Shown: positions 23,668 through 30,980 of the stretch, piece after piece
How positions within the stretch are numbered: the stretch's first letter is position 1
Layout: every line of letters starts with the position of its first letter
From: an uncultured Actinomycetes bacterium
Lineage (GTDB): Bacteria; Actinomycetota; Actinomycetes; S36-B12; CAIYMF01
NCBI GenBank assembly: GCA_963843975.1
Contig: CAWJMG010000003.1
Location: 2,580,001 to 2,612,000 of the forward strand
Direction of reading: 5' to 3'
Length of the DNA stretch: 32,000 nt
The notes under the pieces: generated by a model
Told to the model about the DNA's origin: nothing
The model's input: the letters and a program-made list of their open reading frames with translations, nothing else
Databases searched by the model: none
Position numbers and translations under genes: made by a program

Positions 23668-25097
23668 GCGGACTCCTCGAGCTCGTGGATGGCGTCCTGC
23701 AGCGCCTGCAGGTACTCCTGGTGCGCGACCTCGAAGTAGTGCCGGGTCGACTCCTTGTACTCCGTTCCGGCGCTGAAGCGGCGTCCGGCCTCCGCACCTG
23801 CACGCGCCAGGAACCGGTGCGCCACCTGGGGTTTGCGCTGCAGGGCCTCCGCGACGCGCGCGGCGAGGATCCCCTGCCAGTGCGCGAGGGTCCACTGCCC
23901 CGAGTCGGGCTGGATGAGCCCCGACACGATGAGGTTGTCGTACGCCGGCGTGAACATCTGCAGGAACAGCTGCGGGTGGTCGCCCGACCAGTTCAGCCAC
24001 TCGTGCTCGAGGAACGGGAACGTCACGAGGTAGCCGGTGCAGAACACGACGAGGTCGACGTCAGCCCGGGATCCGTCCGCGAAGACAGCACCCTCGGCGT
24101 CGAAGCGGTCGATGTCGCGCTTGGGCGTGATGTCGCCGTGCCCGACGTAGTAGACGAGCTGCTGGTTGACGATCGGGTGCGTCTCGAAGAACTTGTGGTC
24201 AGGCTTCTGCAGGCCGAACTTCGTGATGTCGCCGACCACGAGCTTGAGCGTGGTGCCGAAGAGCGCTCGGCGCAGGGGCAGCGGCAGCTTCATCGCGAGC
24301 AGGGAGTCGGCCACCTGGTCGCTCGGACGGCCGAGGGTGAACTTCGGGTTGTAGTAGTAGCCGCGACGGGTGGAGTGGAACGTGTGCGCGGCGTTCTGCG
24401 CGCTCTCGACGGCGACGTCGCAGCCGGTGTTGCCCGCACCGACGACCAGCACGCGCTTGCCGCGCAGCACCGCGGCGCCCTTGTACTGCGCGGAGTGCAG
24501 CACCTCGCCGCGGAACTCGTCGAGACCGGCGTACTCCGGCATCTTCGGGTTCCAGTTGTGGCCGTTGCCCACGACCAGCCCGGCGTAGCGGTACGTCGTC
24601 TCCGCGCCGGACGCGCGGTCGCGCACGGTCACGTCCCAGCGCGCACCGCCGTCGACCGGCACGGCGCCGACGACGTCGGTGCCGAACGTGATGCGACGGC
24701 GCAGGCCGAAGTGGTCGGCGTACCGGCCGAAGTACTCCTTCACCTGGCGGTGGCTCGGGTAGTCGGGGTACGAGTCGGGCATCGGGAAGTCGGGGAACTG
24801 GGTGAACGGCTTGGACGAGATCAGGTGCGTCGACTCGTAGACGCGGGAGTTCTCGGCGCCGAAGTTCCAGTTGCCGCCGACGTCGGACTCGCGCTCGAAG
24901 CCGTCGGCGTCGATGCCGTTCTGCAGCAGCGCCTTGAGCGCCGACAGGCCGTGCGGCCCTGCGCCGACGACGCACCAGGCAGCGCCGCGGTCGACCGGGC
25001 CCGCGGGTGCCGGGGCAGCCTTGGGCTTGGCCGTGCGCGTGCGCCGGGGCTTGGCCGTGGGGGCCGCCGGGTCGAGGGGTTCGGTCGTGTCCGCCAT
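23664..25097 (-). CDS. flavin-containing monooxygenase (class B, FMO/BVMO-like), 477 aa
   Basis: FAD motif GAGPHG, FMO-identifying motif FRGEVLHSAQY (FxGxxxHxxxY) and NADPH motif GAGNTG. Basic Pro/Lys/Ala-rich N-terminal ~35 aa. Confidence 0.85.
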   Translation of the reverse strand: MADTTEPLDPAAPTAKPRRTRTAKPKAAPAPAGPVDRGAAWCVVGAGPHGLSALKALLQNGIDADGFERESDVGGNWNFGAENSRVYESTHLISSKPFTQFPDFPMPDSYPDYPSHRQVKEYFGRYADHFGLRRRITFGTDVVGAVPVDGGARWDVTVRDRASGAETTYRYAGLVVGNGHNWNPKMPEYAGLDEFRGEVLHSAQYKGAAVLRGKRVLVVGAGNTGCDVAVESAQNAAHTFHSTRRGYYYNPKFTLGRPSDQVADSLLAMKLPLPLRRALFGTTLKLVVGDITKFGLQKPDHKFFETHPIVNQQLVYYVGHGDITPKRDIDRFDAEGAVFADGSRADVDLVVFCTGYLVTFPFLEHEWLNWSGDHPQLFLQMFTPAYDNLIVSGLIQPDSGQWTLAHWQGILAARVAEALQRKPQVAHRFLARAGAEAGRRFSAGTEYKESTRHYFEVAHQEYLQALQDAIHELEESA

Positions 25098-25158
25098 GGG
25101 CGCATCCTGCCAACACCTCGGCGTCCGCGCTGCCCCTCGCGCCGAGGGGCGCCGTACG

Positions 25159-26481
25159 TCACGCGGACGAGGGCCGCGGCCTGACGGCTGCGCCCGTGAC
25201 CGTCAGGGGAGGTGGACCTCGCCGAGCCTCGGCAGCCAGGGCGATGTCGCTGCGGTGGTGCGAGCCGGGGAAGTCGATGCGGTCGACGGCGGCGTACGCA
25301 CGCTCGCGAGCCTCCGCGAGGTCGGTGCCGACGCCGACCACCGAGAGCACACGACCGCCCGCGGACACGACGTCGCCGACGGCGTCGTGCGCGGTGCCGG
25401 CATGCAGCACGTAGGCGCTGTCGGTCGCGTTCGCCTCGTCGAGGCCGCGGATCGAGACGCCGGTGACGGGTGTGCCGGGGTAGTTCTCGGCGGCGACGAC
25501 GACGGTGACCGCAGCGCCCTCCCGCCAGCGGAGGTCCTCGAGGTCGTGGAGGGTCTTGGTGGCCGCGGCCTGCAGCACGTGCGCGAGCGGGGTCTTCAAG
25601 CGAGCCAGGACGACCTGGGTCTCCGGGTCGCCGAAGCGCGCGTTGAACTCGATGACGCGCAGGCCGCGCGAGGTGAGGGCCAGGCCGGCGTACACGACGC
25701 CGACGAACGGGGTGCCGCGGTGGCGGAGCTCGTCCACGGTCGGCTGGACGACGCGCGCGACGACGTCCTCGACGAGGCCCGCCGGCGCCCAGGGCAGCGG
25801 CGAGTAGGCGCCCATGCCGCCGGTGTTCGGGCCGAGGTCGCCGTCGGCCACGCGCTTGAAGTCCTGTGCCGGCTGCAGGGGCACGACCGTCTCGCCGTCG
25901 GAGAGGCAGAACAGCGACACCTCGGGGCCGTCGAGGAACTCCTCGACCACGACGCGGGCGCCGTCCTTCGCGAGGCAGGCGAGGGCGTGCTCGAGCGCGG
26001 CGACGCGGTCGTCGGTGACGACGACGCCCTTGCCCGCGGCCAGGCCGTCGTCCTTGACGACGTACGGCGCGCCGAACGCGTCGAACGCGGCCTCGACCTC
26101 GTCGGCCGACTCGCAGACATGGGCCATCGCGGTCGGGACGCTCGCGGCGGCCATGACCTCCTTGGCGAAGGCCTTGCTGCCCTCGAGGCGTGCGGCCTCG
26201 GCGGACGGTCCGAAGGTGGTGATGCCCGCGGCGGTGAGCGCGTCGGCGACGCCGAGCACGAGCGGGCCCTCGGGGCCGACGACGACGAGGTCGACGCCGA
26301 GCGCGTGCGCGAGGGCCACGGCGGCAGCAGGATCGGTGAGGTCGAGCGGGTGGACCGCGGCGTCCGCCGCGATGCCGGCGTTGCCCGGAGCCGCGTGCAG
26401 CTCCTCGACGGTCGGGTCGGCAGCGAGGCTGCGGACGAGGGCGTGCTCACGAGCACCGGAACCGAGAACCAGCACCTTCAC
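25159..26481 (-). CDS. purD: phosphoribosylamine--glycine ligase, 440 aa
   Basis: GTG 26481 ([15 protein letters not shown]...), an ATP-grasp core and FNARFGDPE. The track ORF is extended by 28 codons. Confidence 0.9.
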   Translation of the reverse strand: MKVLVLGSGAREHALVRSLAADPTVEELHAAPGNAGIAADAAVHPLDLTDPAAAVALAHALGVDLVVVGPEGPLVLGVADALTAAGITTFGPSAEAARLEGSKAFAKEVMAAASVPTAMAHVCESADEVEAAFDAFGAPYVVKDDGLAAGKGVVVTDDRVAALEHALACLAKDGARVVVEEFLDGPEVSLFCLSDGETVVPLQPAQDFKRVADGDLGPNTGGMGAYSPLPWAPAGLVEDVVARVVQPTVDELRHRGTPFVGVVYAGLALTSRGLRVIEFNARFGDPETQVVLARLKTPLAHVLQAAATKTLHDLEDLRWREGAAVTVVVAAENYPGTPVTGVSIRGLDEANATDSAYVLHAGTAHDAVGDVVSAGGRVLSVVGVGTDLAEARERAYAAVDRIDFPGSHHRSDIALAAEARRGPPPLTVTGAAVRPRPSSA

Positions 26482-26488
26482 GCGCCTC

Positions 26489-26494
26489 ACCCTA
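26489..26494 (-). promoter_or_regulatory. possible -10 box TAGGGT for a leaderless or near-leaderless purD
   Basis: Minus strand TAGGGTgaggcgcGTG: a TAnnnT hexamer 7 nt before the start codon. Alternatively GGTGAGG could be a poorly spaced SD. Confidence 0.3.
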
Positions 26495-26532
26495 GGCGAC
26501 CCCGCCGACCGCCCGGGCTGCGGTGCCGCCGT

Positions 26533-26570
26533 ACCGAGGCACCGAGGCACCGAGGCACGAGGCACCGACC
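26533..26570. repeat. octamer tandem repeat (ACCGAGGC x3 perfect, plus 2 degenerate units)
   Basis: accgaggc at 26533, 26541 and 26549, then acgaggc (26557-26563) and accgacc (26564-26570). It lies 52-90 nt upstream of the purD start. Confidence 0.8.
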
Positions 26571-26597
26571 AAGATCACGAGTCCGGGCAGCAAACCT

Positions 26598-26650
26598 GCA
26601 GTTGAACTGCTGTTTCCTTCCCTAAGGGAGGCAAACGGCAGTTCAGCTGC
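26598..26650 (-). terminator. long, less GC-rich hairpin after the 159-aa gene
   Basis: gcagttgaactgctgtttccttccc taa gggaggcaaacggcagttcagctgc: 25 positions, 21 Watson-Crick pairs, three G-U wobbles and one C-C mismatch, with loop taa. The minus-strand RNA is followed by agguuug. It lies 33 nt after the TAG at 26683-26685. Confidence 0.55.
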
Positions 26651-26682
26651 ACGGATCGTGCCCAGAGTGCGGCTGGTTCTGG

Positions 26683-27162
26683 CTAGTCGTCGCTGATGAG
26701 CTCGCCGATCTGGGCCTCGACGAGATCGCGGTCCTCGGGGTCGGTGATGCGGGCGGCGAGCGCGGCCGCCTCGCGGATGGCGTCGGACGCCTTGGCGCCG
26801 TCGCCGTTGGCGAGGTGCGCCCGGGCGAGGCCCTCGTGCACCGAGGCCGGCAGCCAGTCGGGCAGGTCTCCCTCGGCCGCGACGAGCAGGCCGATCGCGT
26901 TGTTGGCGTGCCGCACGGCCTCGAGGCCGAGACCGGCCGCGGCGTACGCCCGGCTCACCTGCCACTCCCCCACGATCGCCTGCTCAGCGCCGCCGATCCG
27001 GCGCCAGAGGTAGCGGCTCGCATGCGCGGCATCGAGCATCTCGGCGGTCTCCTCGGCCGAGCGCCCGTCACCCGCATCGAGCAGGTCCCACACGCGGTTG
27101 AAGAGAGCGACCGCCACCTTGCGCTGCGTCGCGGCGTCGAGCACGTCGTCGTCGAGGGTCAT
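26683..27162 (-). CDS. hypothetical helical protein, 159 aa
   Basis: Start chosen at ATG 27162 (MTLDDDVLDAATQRK...) because the 27225 start would put the 27218-27266 terminator hairpin inside the CDS. Ala/Leu/Glu-rich composition suggests a helical protein; no family recognised. Confidence 0.6.
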   Translation of the reverse strand: MTLDDDVLDAATQRKVAVALFNRVWDLLDAGDGRSAEETAEMLDAAHASRYLWRRIGGAEQAIVGEWQVSRAYAAAGLGLEAVRHANNAIGLLVAAEGDLPDWLPASVHEGLARAHLANGDGAKASDAIREAAALAARITDPEDRDLVEAQIGELISDD

Positions 27163-27217
27163 GCCGAGAAGGATCGGGGACGACGCCGTACCCGCGCAGC
27201 CGAACACGCCGCCCACC

Positions 27218-27266
27218 CACGGCACGAGGCCCGGTCCCTTCGCGGGAGTCCGGGCCTCGTGCCGTG
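27218..27266 (-). terminator. 17-bp perfect hairpin after the aminotransferase gene
   Basis: cacggcacgaggcccgg (27218-27234) pairs with ccgggcctcgtgccgtg (27250-27266), with further inner pairing tccc/ggga. It lies 26 nt after the stop at 27292. Confidence 0.6.
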
Positions 27267-27291
27267 CAGGGCCTGCGGGGCGTACGCCGGA

Positions 27292-28641
27292 TCAGGCGCC
27301 GGTGTAGTGGTGCGCGATGGCACCGAACGCCTCGTCGAGCACGGCGAGGCCGTCCTTGACCTCGGTGTCCGAGACGTTGCACGGCGGGACGACGTGCAGG
27401 CGGTTGAAGTTCGCGAACGGCAGCACGCCGCGCTTCTTGATCTCGCCGAGCAGCTCGGCCATGGCGGGCGAGGTGCCGCCGTACGGCGCGAGGGGCTCAC
27501 GCGTCGCGCGGTCGGTCACGAGGTCGAGCGCCCAGAAGACGCCGAGACCGCGGACCTCGCCGATCACCTGGTGGCGCTCGGCCAGCTCGCGCAGGCCGGG
27601 GCCGAGGACGTCCTCGCCGATGCGCCTCGCGTTCTCGACGATGCCCTCCTCCTTCATCGCGTCGATCGACGCGACGATCGAGGCGCAGGCCAGCGGGTGG
27701 CCGGAGTAGGTGAGGCCGCCGGGGAACACGCGGTCGTCGAAGGTTGCCGCGATCGGGTCGCTGATGATGACGCCGCCGACCGGGACGTAGCCCGAGTTGG
27801 AGCCCTTGGCGAAGGTGATGAGGTCGGGCACGACGTCGAAGTTCTCGAACGCGAACCACTCGCCGGTGCGGCCGAAGCCGGCCATGACCTCGTCGAGGAT
27901 GAGCATGATGCCGTGCTTGTCGCACAGCGCACGGACGCCCTCGAGGTAGCCGGGCGGCGGGATGAGCACGCCGGCGGTGCCGACGACCGACTCCATGAGG
28001 ATCGACGCGATCGTGCCCGGGCCCTCGAACGTGACGACCTGCTCGAGGTGCTGCAGGGCGCGCTCGGTCTCCTCGGCCTCGGTGGTCGCCCAGAACGACG
28101 AGCGGTAGAGGTACGGGCCGAAGAAGTGCACGTGATCGTCGGCGAACTCGTTGGGCCAGCGGCGCGGGTCGCCGGTGGCGGCGATCGCGGCACCGGTGTT
28201 GCCGTGGTACGAGCGGTAGAACGAGAGCACCTTGCGGCGGCCGGTGTGCAGGCGCGCCATGCGGATGGCGTTCTCGATCGCGTCGGCGCCGCCGTTGGTG
28301 AAGAAGACCTTGCTGAAGCCGTCGGGGGCGAGCTCGACGATGCGCTTCGCGGCGTCGCCGCGGGCGGCGTTCGCGTGCTGCGGCGCGACGGTGGTGAGGA
28401 GCGCCGCCTGCTCCTGGATCGCCGCGACCACCTTCGGGTGCTGGTGGCCGATGTTGGTGTTGACCAGCTGGCTGGAGAAGTCCAGGAAACGGTTGCCGTC
28501 GTAGTCCCAGACGTACGACCCCTCGCCGCCGGCGATGAGCATCGGCTTGAGCGCGGCCTGCGCGGACCACGAGTGGAAGACGTGGGCGCGGTCGAGGTCG
28601 TAGACGCGCTGTCCCTCGGCGGGGTCGGGGGTGAGGCTCAT
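27292..28641 (-). CDS. class-III PLP-dependent aminotransferase (omega-amino acid:pyruvate type), 449 aa
   Basis: DEVMAGFGRTG, the Schiff-base Lys in ITFAKGSNSG, and N-terminal HSWS...GEGSYVWD typical of the family. Confidence 0.85.
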   Translation of the reverse strand: MSLTPDPAEGQRVYDLDRAHVFHSWSAQAALKPMLIAGGEGSYVWDYDGNRFLDFSSQLVNTNIGHQHPKVVAAIQEQAALLTTVAPQHANAARGDAAKRIVELAPDGFSKVFFTNGGADAIENAIRMARLHTGRRKVLSFYRSYHGNTGAAIAATGDPRRWPNEFADDHVHFFGPYLYRSSFWATTEAEETERALQHLEQVVTFEGPGTIASILMESVVGTAGVLIPPPGYLEGVRALCDKHGIMLILDEVMAGFGRTGEWFAFENFDVVPDLITFAKGSNSGYVPVGGVIISDPIAATFDDRVFPGGLTYSGHPLACASIVASIDAMKEEGIVENARRIGEDVLGPGLRELAERHQVIGEVRGLGVFWALDLVTDRATREPLAPYGGTSPAMAELLGEIKKRGVLPFANFNRLHVVPPCNVSDTEVKDGLAVLDEAFGAIAHHYTGA

Positions 28642-28733
28642 GGGATCTCCTGGCTGCGGCGGGCTGACGGCCTGACGGCGCCCGTGCAGCGGCGCCGTCC
28701 TCGCGGCCAGCGTAGGCCGGGGCAGGTGCCTGC

Positions 28734-28759
28734 GTCAGGGGCAGGGTGTCAGGCGCAGG
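28734..28759. repeat. tandem 12-mers GTCAGGGGCAGG / GTCAGGCGCAGG upstream of the aminotransferase
   Basis: Two 11/12-identical units at 28734-28745 and 28748-28759, preceded by the palindromic GCAGGTGCCTGC. They lie 93-118 nt upstream of the ATG at 28641. Confidence 0.5.
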
Positions 28760-28801
28760 CGCCGTACGCCGTCATCCTGTAGGGCTCACCGTGCTCGCGG
28801 C

Positions 28802-29482
28802 TCAGGTCAGGGCGTCGTACGCCGCGACGCGGTCGGCAAGGGCACGGCGTACGTCGGGCCAGTCCTCGGCCGTGATGCTGAACATGACGGTGTCGCGCAC
28901 GGTGCTGTCGGCCCTGCGCTGGTAGCGGCGCAGGACCCCCTCGTACGTCGCCCCGAGCCGCGCGATGGCCGACTGCGACCGGTGGTTGCGGATGTCGGTC
29001 TTGAGCTGGACGCGCCCCATGTGCAGCACGTCGAACGCGTAGTCGAGCAGCAGCAGCTTGGTCTCGGGGTTCACGACCGTGCCCCACACGGCCGGGTCGT
29101 ACGCGGTGTTGCCGATCTCGAGGCGGGCGTCGTTCGGCGAGATCTCGAGGTACGACGACCAGCCGACGATCGTGCCGGCGTGACGCTCACCGACGTCGCG
29201 CAGGAGGCGGACGGTCCACGGGAACCAGCCGCGGTCGAGCACCCCGGTGACCCAGTGGCGCGCGGTGTGGTCGTCGGGCAACGGGCCGCCCATGAGGTGC
29301 TGCCACACGTGGTCGTGGTCGAGGGCCATGCGCAGGCCGTGCGCGTCCTGCGTCGTGGCGGGCGTGAGCTCGATCCAGGTGCCGCGCAGGTGGATGCCCG
29401 GGGGCGGCGGCCACTGCGCGACCGGCCAGTGGACGTCGTCCGGCCGGGGGTCCTCGCGCGGCGTGAACCGCTCCTCGCTCAT
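28802..29482 (-). CDS. GNAT-family N-acetyltransferase (RimJ/RimL-like), 226 aa
   Basis: A full ORF with an acetyltransferase core (LEIGNTAYDPAVWGTVVNPETKLLLLDYAF...RLGATYEGVLR). Confidence 0.8.
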   Translation of the reverse strand: MSEERFTPREDPRPDDVHWPVAQWPPPPGIHLRGTWIELTPATTQDAHGLRMALDHDHVWQHLMGGPLPDDHTARHWVTGVLDRGWFPWTVRLLRDVGERHAGTIVGWSSYLEISPNDARLEIGNTAYDPAVWGTVVNPETKLLLLDYAFDVLHMGRVQLKTDIRNHRSQSAIARLGATYEGVLRRYQRRADSTVRDTVMFSITAEDWPDVRRALADRVAAYDALT

Positions 29483-29488
29483 GCGTTC

Positions 29489-29494
29489 ACGCTA
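29489..29494 (-). promoter_or_regulatory. -10 box TAGCGT positioned for a leaderless GNAT transcript
   Basis: Minus strand gaTAGCGTgaacgcATG: a TAnnnT hexamer, 6-nt spacer, start codon at 29482. No SD. Confidence 0.35.
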
Positions 29495-29564
29495 TCGACG
29501 TCGGGCATCACGTGGCAGGCCCGTTGCGACCGACTCGCGCGTCGTTCCGCTCACAGTCGTGCGG

Positions 29565-29605
29565 CCGATGGTTCCCCGGCGATGACGTCGCCGGGGAACC
29601 ATCGG
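29565..29605 (-). terminator. 18-bp perfect hairpin after the secreted-protein gene
   Basis: ccgatggttccccggcga tgacg tcgccggggaaccatcgg, 10 nt after the TAG at 29615-29617. Confidence 0.6.
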
Positions 29606-29614
29606 CGGCTGGAT

Positions 29615-30325
29615 CTAGCTGACGCCGATCCCGACGCTGAGTCCGGCTGTCGTGGAGGACCCGATCTTGGTGAACGCCACGGTCGGGCCGTAGCCGTCGG
29701 GGAGGACCGACCAACCGGCATTGCGGCTCGTGTTGCAGCTGAGGGTCATCGACTTGGCCGCAGTGAACGTCGCGACGCGGGCGAAGCTGGGCGACGCGTA
29801 CCAGGTCGGATCGATGCTGGTCCACTCACCCTCGCCCCAGTCCTTCGACCCGTCGAAGAGGTAGCAGATCATCTGGTTGGGGGTGGCCGGACTGGCCGTG
29901 GACCCGTTGTCGTTGAGGTCTACGTTCGCGTTGAACGTGATGAGCCACGTGCCCTTGGGGACAGTGAAGGCCGTGTAGGTGAGGTTGCCCGTCTGCGACG
30001 TGGCCGTGTCCTTGAATACCAGGCTCTTCGGGGCCGACTTCGCGATGAGCAGGGCCGCGGTGTTGCCACCGACCTTCTCCGCGTTGAGGTTCTTCACGAG
30101 GCCCTTGCCGTTGGTGACGATGGGTGCGGACACCGAGCTCTTCGTCTTGAGTGTGATCGCAGCACCCGCCCCGGTGTTGCTGATCGTCGTGGTGGCGCCT
30201 GCGGTGTTGGTCCGGCCCAGGATCAGGCTCGATCCGGTGGCGGCGTACGTCACCGCGTCAAACCCCATGACGAGGACCGACGTCGCACCGATGACGGCGA
30301 ACGCTCGTGTGATGCCTTGCTTCAT
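29615..30325 (-). CDS. secreted protein of unknown function, 236 aa
   Basis: Strong SD (agaGGAGGggtccATG). Signal peptide MKQGITRAFAVIGATSVLVMGFDAVTYA|ATG. Thr/Ser/Asn/Gly-rich N-terminal module containing VKNLNAEKVGG, then a probably beta-rich C-terminal part with two Cys. It has its own terminator. Confidence 0.8.
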   Translation of the reverse strand: MKQGITRAFAVIGATSVLVMGFDAVTYAATGSSLILGRTNTAGATTTISNTGAGAAITLKTKSSVSAPIVTNGKGLVKNLNAEKVGGNTAALLIAKSAPKSLVFKDTATSQTGNLTYTAFTVPKGTWLITFNANVDLNDNGSTASPATPNQMICYLFDGSKDWGEGEWTSIDPTWYASPSFARVATFTAAKSMTLSCNTSRNAGWSVLPDGYGPTVAFTKIGSSTTAGLSVGIGVS

Positions 30326-30499
30326 GGACCCCTCCTCTACGCGCGGCCCGAGCGGCCGGCGAGGTCAGGGTGGCAGGCTCGGCACCCGTGACGAGCCGAT
30401 TCCCATTGCGCCACACCGGAAGTTCACGTTCGCGGACCCGTGCCACGAGAACGGACGGCCTTTCATCGTCGGAGAGTGATCCGACGCTCGCTCTCCGCT

Positions 30500-30964
30500 T
30501 CAGATGTCCCGGCACAGGAGCACGTGGCCGGCGGCGTCGGCCTCGAGCCCTTCCGCCTCCACCGGTACGTCGGTGCCGGTCACGACGAAGCCGATCGCGG
30601 TGTGGAACGCGACCGACGCCTCGTTCACGGTCGACGTCACGCAGCGCACCCGGCGTACGCCACGCTCGCGCACGGCGTCGGCGAACGCGTCGTGCAGCCG
30701 CCGCCCGAGGCCGTCGCCGCGATGGGCCTGGTCGACGCCGATCATGTGGACGTACGCCTCGTCCGGGTGGTCCTGGCTCACGAACCCGACGAGGAAGCCG
30801 GCGAGGTCGCCGTCGCCGGTCTCGGCCACGAGCGACGTGCCCGCGAAGTGCTCGAGGAACAGCGAGGGCACGAGGGCACGGAGATCGCGACCGCCCCACC
30901 ACGCGGGCATGACCTCGAGGATCCGCGCGTGGTCCGCCAGCGTCGCCGGGCGCAGCGTCGTCAC
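30500..30964 (-). CDS. GNAT-family N-acetyltransferase, 154 aa
   Basis: GTG 30964 (VTTLRPATLADHARILEV...). Acetyl-CoA motif HRGDGLGRRL. The track ORF is extended into the purA 3' end. Confidence 0.8.
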   Translation of the reverse strand: MTTLRPATLADHARILEVMPAWWGGRDLRALVPSLFLEHFAGTSLVAETGDGDLAGFLVGFVSQDHPDEAYVHMIGVDQAHRGDGLGRRLHDAFADAVRERGVRRVRCVTSTVNEASVAFHTAIGFVVTGTDVPVEAEGLEADAAGHVLLCRDI

Positions 30965-30980
30965 GGGGCCGGGCGACGCG

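Noticed and set aside
26533-26570. Possible CRISPR or minisatellite
   Set aside because: The units are only 8 nt and directly abutting, with no spacers, and no cas genes are present. It is reported only as a short tandem repeat.
23685-26625. 499-aa (23685..25184) and 584-aa (24871..26625) plus-strand ORFs over the FMO and purD
   Set aside because: They are shadow frames opposite genes with diagnostic FMO and PurD motifs.
26482-26682. Known purine-related riboswitch (ZTP/pfl or purine class) upstream of purD, and likewise upstream of purF (14168-14176)
   Set aside because: I could not find the conserved cores as I recall them (for example the GGGUCGUGACUGGCG...CCGCCUGGGC arrangement of ZTP). 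The purF upstream gap is only 9 nt. An Rfam scan would be decisive.
26815-28782. 655-aa plus-strand ORF over the aminotransferase
   Set aside because: It is antisense to a full-length class-III aminotransferase with PLP-lysine motifs, and the translation is low complexity.
29615-30325. Secreted-protein gene as a recent horizontal acquisition, based on lower GC
   Set aside because: By hand count about 90 percent of its codons still end in G or C. The lower overall GC is largely explained by Thr/Ser/Asn/Lys-rich composition. No flanking direct repeats, tRNA or integrase are present.
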